Source: Candidatus Omnitrophota bacterium (lineage in GTDB: Bacteria; Omnitrophota; Gorgyraeia; Tantalellales; Tantalellaceae). From it: a stretch of DNA of 64,000 nucleotides. A program made the position numbers and the translations under genes. The stretch lies in the NCBI GenBank assembly GCA_043813915.1, contig JBDRKO010000001.1:64835-128834 (forward strand). Direction: 5' to 3'. Within the stretch, counting starts at the first letter, position 1. Every line of letters starts with the position of its first letter. Below are positions 10,591 through 18,749 of this stretch, piece after piece. The notes under the pieces were generated by a model that saw only the letters and a program-made list of their open reading frames with translations, searched no databases and was not told the DNA's origin.

Positions 10591-10917
10591 TCATTCCAGA
10601 CGATGCCCTTCTGCCGTGCAGGCAGGATATGATTCGGTATCCCCTATGCTGTAAGTCCCTCCCGCCGGACATGACGGCTGGCTTTGAAGATATGCCGGCA
10701 CAAGATCATCCCAGCCGGGAGCGCCTGTCGCGACGGTCCCGGACTCGATCGCCCAGATCTCTTTAGCGTTATCAATACCCTTGAGATTTGACAGACATGA
10801 GTATAAATGCGTCCTTTCCCTGGATCTCTTAAAATTGGGTATCGCGACCGCTAACATCACGCCGAGTATCGACACGACTATCATTATTTCTACTAGTGTA
10901 AACCCTTTTTTTCTCAA
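10591..10917 (-). CDS. type IV pilin / GspG-like pseudopilin (TTG start)
   Basis: MRKKG|FTLVEIMIVVSILGV prepilin motif; SCLSNLKGIDNA PVC-type motif; own TTGATT-N16-TATACT promoter and AGGAGG RBS. Confidence 0.7.
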   Translation of the reverse strand: MRKKGFTLVEIMIVVSILGVMLAVAIPNFKRSRERTHLYSCLSNLKGIDNAKEIWAIESGTVATGAPGWDDLVPAYLQSQPSCPAGGTYSIGDTESYPACTAEGHRLE

Positions 10918-11002
10918 GCACCCCTCCTAAGTTCTTTACCCTGAAGTATACATTGTTTTTACGAGTAATCAAACTCCCACATAAATAAAATAAAAAAATA
11001 AA

Positions 11003-11044
11003 AAAAAAATAAAAAAAAGGGAACGGCCGTTAACGACCGTTCCC
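11003..11044 (-). terminator. rho-independent terminator downstream of second pilin gene
   Basis: GGGAACGGCCGT-TAA-CGACCGTTCCC hairpin followed on the minus strand by a >15 nt U tract. Confidence 0.6.
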
Positions 11045-11067
11045 TTTTCAGCTCAAAACCGTACGTG

Positions 11068-11397
11068 TTACTGGAGCTTATGTCCGGCAGTGCTGCATGT
11101 AGGTCTCGTTCCTGAAATATCATATGTGCCCTTAGCCGGACATGCCGGAGTGGCTTTCAGATAATCCGGGGAAAGAGCTGCGAGCGTGGCGGGGTTAGCC
11201 CCCGTATCCAGGTTATAAAGCACCATCGCCCCTTCTATCTGCTTCAGGTTGGATATACATGCATTTTTTTGAGCACTTTCTCTGGCTTTCACAAAGTTCG
11301 GTATGGCTATAGCAGCCAATAAACCTATAATTGCGACTACGATCATAATTTCGACCAATGTGAAACCCTTTTTACCCAATAATTTCTGCATTTTCAT
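11068..11397 (-). CDS. pilA: type IV pilin / GspG-like pseudopilin, probable major pilin
   Basis: MKMQKLLGKKG|FTLVEIMIVVAIIGLLAAIAIPNF; ACISNLKQIEGA motif; strong SD AAGGAGGTG 7 nt upstream; own promoter and strong terminator. Confidence 0.75.
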   Translation of the reverse strand: MKMQKLLGKKGFTLVEIMIVVAIIGLLAAIAIPNFVKARESAQKNACISNLKQIEGAMVLYNLDTGANPATLAALSPDYLKATPACPAKGTYDISGTRPTCSTAGHKLQ

Positions 11398-11445
11398 TGT
11401 TCTCACCTCCTTTCTTTTTTTAAACACCTATAACCTGAGTATACC

Positions 11446-11474
11446 TTTGCCAAGAGCGAATTGCAAGTGAACGG
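11446..11474 (-). promoter_or_regulatory. putative sigma70 promoter of the pilin gene (TTGCAA-N17-TATACT)
   Basis: Read on the minus strand between pilC stop and pilin start. Confidence 0.35.
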
Positions 11475-11512
11475 CGTTTTTGCTCCGCCGGACACGTAAA
11501 GCGTCAAAATAT

Positions 11513-12730
11513 CTAGAAACTGACGCTAGAGCTCATCTTGAATATCGGCAGGAACATACATATGACTATACCGCCTATCACTATACCCAGAAAGGCTATA
11601 ACCAAGGGTTCGATAAGACTGGTAAGCCCGTCGACAGTTGAATCAACCTGTTCGTCATAGAAATCCGCTATTTTCTCCAGCATCATCTCCAGTTCACCGC
11701 TTTTTTCCCCTACCGCGATCATCCGGGTCACAAGAGGCGGGAAAATACCGCTTTTTTCCATAGGCAATGCGATACTCTCTCCTCCTCTTACGCTTTCTTT
11801 GACCTGATATACGGTTTTTTCCACCACTAAATTGCCGGAAGTCTTCGCCACGATATCGAGTGCTCCTAGTATGGGAACGCCGCTTTTTACCAAGGTGCCC
11901 AGCGTGCGGGTAAATTTACTTATCGCCACCTTGCTGAACAAAGTCCCGAATACGGGCAAACGAAGCTTTATCCCGTCTATCGCGTACTTTCCGTTCTCGG
12001 TCCTCATATACGCCTTTAACGCCACGACCGCCAAGGCGATCAGCACCATCAGCGTCACGAAATTGCTCCTGGTCCAGTTGCTCAGCGCTATAAGGAACTG
12101 CGTCGGCTTTGGAAGGTCCGCCCCTAGTCCCGAGAACATATCCTCGAACACCGGGATGACCTTGATTATCATAACGAGAGTTATCACGACCGCCATAGCG
12201 CTTACAACAGCCGGATATATCATTGCGGAACCCAATTTTTTCTGGAGAGCGCTTGTCTTTTCAAGATGCATCGCTACCCTATCAAGGACCTCTTCCAGCA
12301 TACCGCTGGATTCTCCTGCCTTTATCATGTTTATAAAGTAGGATGAGAACATCGCGGAATATTTCCCCATCGCTTCCGACAAACTGGCCCCGGTATTAAC
12401 GGCGCTGTACACATCCTTGAGCACTCTTTTCATCCGCGGATTATCCACTTGGGCCGCGAGCGTGTCAAGGGATTCTATTATCGTTATCCCGGCACCCGTC
12501 ATAGTTGCCATCTGCCTGGAAAATATCACCAGTTCTTCCAAAGGGACTTTTCCCGAGGTATTTTTAGAGGAAGGGAAAAAGGTTTTTTTTTCTTTTTTCT
12601 TCTCTATCTTAAGTACAAGCAGCTCTTTTCCTCGCAGCATTTCCAAAGCATGCGGCTGATCCAGCGCCTGGACCTCCCCGTTTACGGTCTGTCCGTCCTT
12701 GTTCTTTGCTGTATAGATAAAATCCGACAT
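11513..12730 (-). CDS. pilC: type IV pilus platform protein PilC (GspF family)
   Basis: Two GspF repeats, 405 aa, polytopic membrane protein. Confidence 0.85.
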   Translation of the reverse strand: MSDFIYTAKNKDGQTVNGEVQALDQPHALEMLRGKELLVLKIEKKKEKKTFFPSSKNTSGKVPLEELVIFSRQMATMTGAGITIIESLDTLAAQVDNPRMKRVLKDVYSAVNTGASLSEAMGKYSAMFSSYFINMIKAGESSGMLEEVLDRVAMHLEKTSALQKKLGSAMIYPAVVSAMAVVITLVMIIKVIPVFEDMFSGLGADLPKPTQFLIALSNWTRSNFVTLMVLIALAVVALKAYMRTENGKYAIDGIKLRLPVFGTLFSKVAISKFTRTLGTLVKSGVPILGALDIVAKTSGNLVVEKTVYQVKESVRGGESIALPMEKSGIFPPLVTRMIAVGEKSGELEMMLEKIADFYDEQVDSTVDGLTSLIEPLVIAFLGIVIGGIVICMFLPIFKMSSSVSF

Positions 12731-12743
12731 TTTTCCTTATCCG

Positions 12744-14456
12744 TTATGTTACCCTCATTACTTCCTCTAATGTGGTCCACCCCTTGATGAACTTTATCAT
12801 AGCGTTGTCCCTCAGTGTATTGACCTTCTTCTCCCTAAGATATTTTTTTATATTTTCCTCGGACTCCCTGCGGTTTATCATCGCCCGAATATCATCATCT
12901 ATGAGAAGCGTCTCCAGCGTCCCCAACCGCCCGCTATAACCTGTGCCGTTACACCTCTTACACCCCGTTGCGGCGAAAAACTCTTTTGTCTCCCGGGCTT
13001 CGGGGTATTTCTCCATGATCTCCTTCAAGAGTTTCTCCGGTATCTTGGTCTCCGTCTTGCAGCTCGGGCAGAGCTTCCTCAAAAGACGCTGAGCGCATGC
13101 CATGATAAGGCTTGAAGCGATAAGAAAAGGTTCTATACCCATATTTACCAGACGTGTTATCGCCCCCACAGAGTCATTGGTATGGAGCGTGCTTAGGACC
13201 AGCTGTCCCGTTAGAGAGGCCTTTGTCGCTATATCCGCGGTTTCAAGGTCCCGTATCTCACCGATCATTATCACGTCCGGGCTCTGCCTCAGTATCGCCC
13301 TCAACCCGCCTGTAAAATCCAGCCCGATCTCCGGGCGCGCGGCTATCTGAGTGATACCTCCGACCTGATATTCTACGGGATCCTCTACCGTAAGGATGTT
13401 CTTCTCCGGCGTATTCATCTCATTGAGTATGGAATACAATGTAGTTGATTTCCCGCTCCCCGTAGGTCCGGTAACGAGTATTATCCCGAACGGCTTTAAC
13501 AAGGCTTCCCTGAAATCAGCGAGCGGTCCGGGAAGGAACCCAAGGGTCTCAAGCCCCACGGAAAGATTGCTCCTGTCCAGAGCCCTGAGCACTATCTTAT
13601 TACCGAAACTCGTCGGCAGGGACGATACGCGGAAATCCACTTCCTTCTTGTCCGTCTTTATGCGGAACCTTCCGTCCTGAGGCACCCGGGTCTCCGTAAT
13701 ATCCAGATTGGACATTATCTTAAGACGCGCGAGTATAGCGTTCTGGTTCTTTTTAGGAAGATCGAACACATCCTGTAACTGCCCGTCCACTCGGTACCTT
13801 ATGCGCAGATTTTTTTCCTGCGGTTCGATATGTATGTCACTGGCCCGTTTTTTCAGCGCTTCAGAGATGATCAGGTCCACCATTTTTATTATGGGCGCCG
13901 CCTTGCTCTCTTTTGCTATTTCGTTCATGTCGGCGTCATCGCCGCGCGACAGGAACTCGACATCCGAATCGCCGCGTTCCTCCTCCTCGTCTATCATTTC
14001 GGTGAGATTATCCTCTTCTGACCTGTAAAAATTATTCAGGGCTTCCTGTATGTCTTTGCGGGTAGACAGAACGAGTTTCACATTGCAGCCGGAAATGGTC
14101 TTTATATCGTCGATCGCGAGAACATCCGCGGGATTAGCGACAACCAAAGTGATGTCGTTCCCTATTTTAGAAAGAGGCACAACCAGATGCCTCCTGAGAA
14201 GTTTTTCCGGTATAGAACCCACGATATCGGGATCCATTGACATTCTCGACACATCGATAAAAGGAACACCCATAACGCGGCTGACGACGGTCAAAAGTTC
14301 TTGGTCCGATATCATCCCGCTTTCCGTGAACATGTTTATAATGTCCCCGTCGGTCTCTTCCTGAAGGTTCTTAAGCATACCCTCGATGCGGTCCCTTTCG
14401 ACAAGACCGTTATCCAGAAGCTCTTTTAGTATCTTTTCCCTAAGGGATACTTCCAT
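12744..14456 (-). CDS. pilB: type IV pilus/T2SS assembly ATPase PilB/GspE paralogue 1
   Basis: GspE_N domain, Walker A GPTGSGKSTT, Asp/His boxes, tetracysteine CPSC...CKRC. Confidence 0.85.
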   Translation of the reverse strand: MEVSLREKILKELLDNGLVERDRIEGMLKNLQEETDGDIINMFTESGMISDQELLTVVSRVMGVPFIDVSRMSMDPDIVGSIPEKLLRRHLVVPLSKIGNDITLVVANPADVLAIDDIKTISGCNVKLVLSTRKDIQEALNNFYRSEEDNLTEMIDEEEERGDSDVEFLSRGDDADMNEIAKESKAAPIIKMVDLIISEALKKRASDIHIEPQEKNLRIRYRVDGQLQDVFDLPKKNQNAILARLKIMSNLDITETRVPQDGRFRIKTDKKEVDFRVSSLPTSFGNKIVLRALDRSNLSVGLETLGFLPGPLADFREALLKPFGIILVTGPTGSGKSTTLYSILNEMNTPEKNILTVEDPVEYQVGGITQIAARPEIGLDFTGGLRAILRQSPDVIMIGEIRDLETADIATKASLTGQLVLSTLHTNDSVGAITRLVNMGIEPFLIASSLIMACAQRLLRKLCPSCKTETKIPEKLLKEIMEKYPEARETKEFFAATGCKRCNGTGYSGRLGTLETLLIDDDIRAMINRRESEENIKKYLREKKVNTLRDNAMIKFIKGWTTLEEVMRVT

Positions 14457-14466
14457 CCCTCCCCCT

Positions 14467-16194
14467 TCACTGCGCTGTTTCCCTGTCCGCTGTCGTCACT
14501 CTCAATACTTCTTCCAACGATGTCTTTCCTTCCAACACGTTCTCTATCCCGTTCTCCCTCAGTGTTACCATGCCTTCTTTTCTCGCTACGCTCTCTATCT
14601 CGGCTTCTTGGGCCTTTTCAAAGATCAACTTTTTTATTTCCGGTGAAAGTTTCATACACTCTATTATCCCTATACGGCCAAGATATCCGGTATTAGAACA
14701 GCGTTTGCATCCTTTGGGCCGGCAGATTCTGACCTTCTTTCCGTCTTTACCGAAAAGCCTGAACTTCCCGGCAATATCATCCGTCGGCTCATATGCTTCT
14801 TTGCAGTCGCTGCAGAGTTGACGGATCAGCCTCTGCGCGGCCACCAGTTCTACGGAGGCCGCTATAAGGAATGGGTCGATCCCCATATTCGTCATCCTTA
14901 TTATGGAACCGGCGGCGGTATTGGTATGGAGCGTACTGAGCACCAAGTGCCCTGTAAGCGCCGATTTTATAGCGACATCAAGCGTGTCATAATCCCTTAT
15001 CTCCCCGACCATGATTATGTCGGGGTCCTGCCGCAAGATAGATCTTAACGTGCTGGCGAACGTAAGCCCCACTTCCTCGTTGACCGCTACTTGGTTCAGC
15101 CCTTTCATTTCGTATTCGACCGGATCCTCTACGGTTATTATGTTCTTTTTCGGATCGTCCACATGGCACATCGCGGCGTATAGAGTGGTCGTCTTTCCGC
15201 ACCCGGTAGGTCCGCAGATGAGGATCATACCGTGAGGTTTTTCGCTAGCTTCCTTTATCCTCGCGCTGTCCCGATCTTTCAAGCCCAGCCTATCGAGATC
15301 TATGACCGCCTGTTCTTTGTCCAGGATTCGCAAGGCGACCTTTTCCCCGAAACTGGACGGGACAGTAGATATACGAAAATCCACTTTCCTGTCCTCTATC
15401 TTTATCCGGAACCGTCCGTCCTGAGGCAAGCGTCTCTCGGTAATATCCAGACCGGACATGACCTTAAGCCGGGAAACTAACGCCTGGTGGAATTTGCGGG
15501 GGGGACTGTAACTTACGTGAAGCATACCGTCGACCCGGTATCTTATACGCGATTCGTTCTCCATGGGTTCGATGAGAATATCGCTTGCCCTTTCTTTGAC
15601 CGCCCGCCCGAGTATCATGTTGGTGAGCTTGACGACCGGCGCCTCTTCGGTTATGCGCAGAAGGTCTCCCGAAGAAAGGTTCTCATCTTCCTCTTTCACC
15701 ATCTCCATTTTCGCGCTCTCGATGTCATCTGCTATAGTAGATATCTCCTCATCCGCGGATCTTTCATGATATTTTCGTATGGCATCCTGCATATCGTCTT
15801 CCGCGACAATAACGGGACTTATGTGCATGTTCGTAACGGCCTTCAGGTCGTCCAAAGCCATTATGTTCAGAGGATCCACCATCGCCACGGTAAGCTGATC
15901 AGCCGTGTGCGATATCGGCAGTATTTGATACGCGATGGATATCTTTTTCGGAATGATCTTCAGGGTATCTTCATCGATATGGAAGCTTGAAAGTTTCATC
16001 GGGGGAAACCCGAGTTCCTCGCTTACGGAGGTCATTATGTCATCTTTTGAAATGAGGTTCATCCCAACGAGCGTTTCGCTGAGGCTCCCCCCCTTCTTGG
16101 AACATATCTCCCATGCTTTGCGGAGATCATTTTCGGTCACCAGTTTTTTTTTGACCAGGAATTCACAGATCCTCTTAGTAAGCGACAATGCCAT
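14467..16194 (-). CDS. PilB/GspE-family ATPase paralogue 2
   Basis: Same architecture, Walker A GPTGCGKTTT, CSDC...CKRC; N-terminal MshEN-like motifs degenerate. Confidence 0.85.
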   Translation of the reverse strand: MALSLTKRICEFLVKKKLVTENDLRKAWEICSKKGGSLSETLVGMNLISKDDIMTSVSEELGFPPMKLSSFHIDEDTLKIIPKKISIAYQILPISHTADQLTVAMVDPLNIMALDDLKAVTNMHISPVIVAEDDMQDAIRKYHERSADEEISTIADDIESAKMEMVKEEDENLSSGDLLRITEEAPVVKLTNMILGRAVKERASDILIEPMENESRIRYRVDGMLHVSYSPPRKFHQALVSRLKVMSGLDITERRLPQDGRFRIKIEDRKVDFRISTVPSSFGEKVALRILDKEQAVIDLDRLGLKDRDSARIKEASEKPHGMILICGPTGCGKTTTLYAAMCHVDDPKKNIITVEDPVEYEMKGLNQVAVNEEVGLTFASTLRSILRQDPDIIMVGEIRDYDTLDVAIKSALTGHLVLSTLHTNTAAGSIIRMTNMGIDPFLIAASVELVAAQRLIRQLCSDCKEAYEPTDDIAGKFRLFGKDGKKVRICRPKGCKRCSNTGYLGRIGIIECMKLSPEIKKLIFEKAQEAEIESVARKEGMVTLRENGIENVLEGKTSLEEVLRVTTADRETAQ

Positions 16195-16221
16195 TACCGA
16201 TCCTTCCAGACTTTAGAGTTA

Positions 16222-16683
16222 TTATTGATATAGCTTATTCAAAGCGTCCTGTATCGACGTAACCGTCGAAATAAAAACCTGGATCTTTTTCTTGGTTATC
16301 ATCTCTATGTCCTCAATAGCTTTGGTGTTCAGAGGGTTGGACATAGCAACGCTCAAGATGTTGCCCATTATATCCAGAGGGACTATGCTGTACTGCCGCG
16401 CCACATTTTCAGGCACTATCCTGACGATCTGCTTCTTCAGCTCGTAATTCTCCAACGGCAGATACGGGAACCCGTACTGTACGGTCAGCGCCTGCACAAT
16501 ATCCCGTTCTTTTACATATCCCAATTTGACCAGTATCTCCCCTATGAGACCTCCCTCTCTTGTTTGATAATCAAGAGCTCTCTGAAGCTGGTCTTCCGAA
16601 AGGACCCCCGTTGAGATAAGGATGTCCCCGAGCTTTTTCCTTTCTTTGGAACCGTCAAAATTCATATTGCCACCGTCTCCCAA
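16222..16683 (-). CDS. stand-alone GspE_N/MshEN-type domain protein, predicted c-di-GMP receptor
   Basis: Two consecutive 24-residue MshEN motifs KLGDILISTGVLSEDQLQRALDYQ-TREGG-LIGEILVKLGYVKERDIVQALTVQ; 153 aa, no ATPase domain. Confidence 0.7.
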   Translation of the reverse strand: MGDGGNMNFDGSKERKKLGDILISTGVLSEDQLQRALDYQTREGGLIGEILVKLGYVKERDIVQALTVQYGFPYLPLENYELKKQIVRIVPENVARQYSIVPLDIMGNILSVAMSNPLNTKAIEDIEMITKKKIQVFISTVTSIQDALNKLYQ

Positions 16684-16686
16684 TGA

Positions 16687-17748
16687 TCATGAAATAAGTT
16701 TGGACAGCTCTTCCACGTCCGACGATCTTCCTATGGCCTCTTCCGCGCTTATCTCGCCTTTTTCATAAAGCTCCGCTAAAGCCTGGTTCATGGTCTTCAT
16801 CCCGCTCTTCTGCGACGTCTGTATAACGGAATATATCTGATGCTCCTTACCGTCCCTTATCAGGCTGCGTATCGCCGGGTTAGCGACCAGTATCTCCGAA
16901 GCCAGGACTCTGCCTTTACCGTTCTTTCTTGGAACGAGCTGCTGCGATATGATTCCCGAAAGCACAAAAGACAGCTGTGCTCTGATCTGTTTCTGCTGAT
17001 GCGCCGGAAAAACATCCACTATACGGTTTATGGTCTGTGTACTGTCCGAAGTATGAAGCGTCCCCAGGACAAGATGCCCCGTATCCGCTATTATCATAGC
17101 CTGCTGAATGGTATCCACGTCCCTGAGCTCTCCTATCAGTATAACATCCGGGTCCTGCCTCAATACATGCACCAGCGCGTTCGTAAAAGAATGCGTATCC
17201 TCCAGCAGCTGGCGCTGGTCGACTATGGCCATATTGTTATCGTGAACGAACTCTATCGGGTCTTCGACGGTTACGATATGACAATCCCTTGTCCGGTTTA
17301 TCTCATCCACGATCGCCGCCAGTGTAGTGGATTTACCGCTTCCCGTCGCTCCCGTCACAAGAACGAGCCCTTTAAGCATTTCGCAGAATTTCCCGACAAC
17401 TTTTTCGGGCAAGCCGCATTCCGATATCCCTTTTATGGAAAGAGGTATAAGTCTTATCGCGCATCCTATTTCGCCCCGCTGCAGGAAGATATTTCCTCTG
17501 TACCTGGCTACCCCTTCTATGGAAAGCGAGAAATCCAGTTCTTTATCCTTCTCGAATCTCTCCAATTGTTCCGGCGTAAGAAGGCTGTGTATAATGTCTC
17601 TTGCTTCATCTCCCGACAGGGCCTTTCCTTCTATTTCCACCAGGCGTCCGTCAATACGATAGTGCATAGGGGAGTTCACCCCTATATGCATATCCGACGC
17701 GTCGTTCGCCGGCATCGCGGACAGCAGTTTGCGGATATCATCTCTCAT
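16687..17748 (-). CDS. pilT: twitching motility retraction ATPase PilT
   Basis: 353 aa, Walker A GATGSGKSTT, PilT-type Asp/His boxes. Confidence 0.85.
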   Translation of the reverse strand: MRDDIRKLLSAMPANDASDMHIGVNSPMHYRIDGRLVEIEGKALSGDEARDIIHSLLTPEQLERFEKDKELDFSLSIEGVARYRGNIFLQRGEIGCAIRLIPLSIKGISECGLPEKVVGKFCEMLKGLVLVTGATGSGKSTTLAAIVDEINRTRDCHIVTVEDPIEFVHDNNMAIVDQRQLLEDTHSFTNALVHVLRQDPDVILIGELRDVDTIQQAMIIADTGHLVLGTLHTSDSTQTINRIVDVFPAHQQKQIRAQLSFVLSGIISQQLVPRKNGKGRVLASEILVANPAIRSLIRDGKEHQIYSVIQTSQKSGMKTMNQALAELYEKGEISAEEAIGRSSDVEELSKLIS

Positions 17749-17778
17749 AGGGATCTATCCTTTCGGAGCTTATTGCCA

Positions 17779-18639
17779 TTATTCCCCGTTTACCCTGTTC
17801 TTGCCGCTCTTTTTAGCTTTGTCCAGATATCTCTTCGCGCTGAAAACCACCTCTTTGACATCCGACCCGTCTATCGGGTTCTCCCCTACACCGAGGCTCA
17901 CGGTGATACGGGTACCCGAAATATCCATCTGTTCCACGCGTTTCCGTATGTCCTCCGCGGTCTCCAACGCTTCGCGTTTATTCCTTTCGGGAAGCAACAT
18001 GCCGAATTCATCCGAAGATGTCCGCGCGAGCGTCCCTACGGGCGGAACTATACCGCTCAAGAGGTTCGCTACCGACTTAAGGGCCTTCTCTGCCATCTCC
18101 GGACCGTGAGTATTCGAATATTTTTTGCAGTCATCGATGTTCAGTATTATGAGAGAACACGGTCTCTGAAAATACTGCGCCCGTTTGAGTTCTTCTCCCA
18201 TACACTCCTCCATATGCGAAAAAGTATAAAGCCCGGTAAGCCTGTCTATAACGTCCTTGCTGCCTCTTTTTTCTTCTTGCATCCGTATCTTGGCTACCAT
18301 TTCGTTCACGCCGTTGGCTATATCTCCGAGTTCATCCTCGCGGCGCAGGGTTATATTCGCATCATACCTTCCCCCCGCTATTTTTTTTACTTCGTTCGCC
18401 ATATCCACAAGAGGCAGGACTATGGTCCTTGCCAGAAGATACCCCATCCAAGATACCCATAACGAGAATATGACTATTATGGACACTTGGAGCATTTCAC
18501 GTTCCATCTCGCGAAATATATAGTTCGTAACGAAATACGCCATGCTCAAGAGAGGGATTATGGACATCAGAGAGAACGCAATAAGCAGTTTCTGCTTTAC
18601 GCTTCTTCTTTCAAGCGACATATTTTTGGCTAAGCCCAT
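17779..18639 (-). CDS. membrane HAMP-GGDEF protein with degenerate active site (SSDEF)
   Basis: Two TM helices, HAMP, then GGDEF fold (DRLTGLYTF...NIDDCKKYSNTHG...RTSSDEFGMLL) with GG replaced by SS and no RxxD I-site. Confidence 0.75.
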   Translation of the reverse strand: MGLAKNMSLERRSVKQKLLIAFSLMSIIPLLSMAYFVTNYIFREMEREMLQVSIIVIFSLWVSWMGYLLARTIVLPLVDMANEVKKIAGGRYDANITLRREDELGDIANGVNEMVAKIRMQEEKRGSKDVIDRLTGLYTFSHMEECMGEELKRAQYFQRPCSLIILNIDDCKKYSNTHGPEMAEKALKSVANLLSGIVPPVGTLARTSSDEFGMLLPERNKREALETAEDIRKRVEQMDISGTRITVSLGVGENPIDGSDVKEVVFSAKRYLDKAKKSGKNRVNGE

Positions 18640-18749
18640 ACATGACCTCCGCTAGTATCTGCATATCTACACAGGTATCTCTACCGTTTTGACCCAACAA
18701 TAATACCTAACAACTCAGCAAAAGTCAAAAAACAAGGTTTCCTTTTTTT

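Noticed and set aside
11398-11512. sigma54 (GG-N10-GC) promoter upstream of the pilin gene, as in Pseudomonas/Myxococcus pilA
   Set aside because: No TGGCAC-N5-TTGC match was found. A sigma70-like TTGCAA-N17-TATACT is present instead.
16840-18462. Long plus-strand ORFs (540 aa here; also 1948-2802, 6869-7789, 9691-10527, 31387-32961, 34250-35248 and 36156-36905)
   Set aside because: Each lies antisense to a minus-strand gene with strong, motif-level homology (pilT/GGDEF, pilX, pilQ, pilM, ileS, proC, ftsA). Their translations are low-complexity or Arg/Tyr/His-rich, as expected for frame artefacts.
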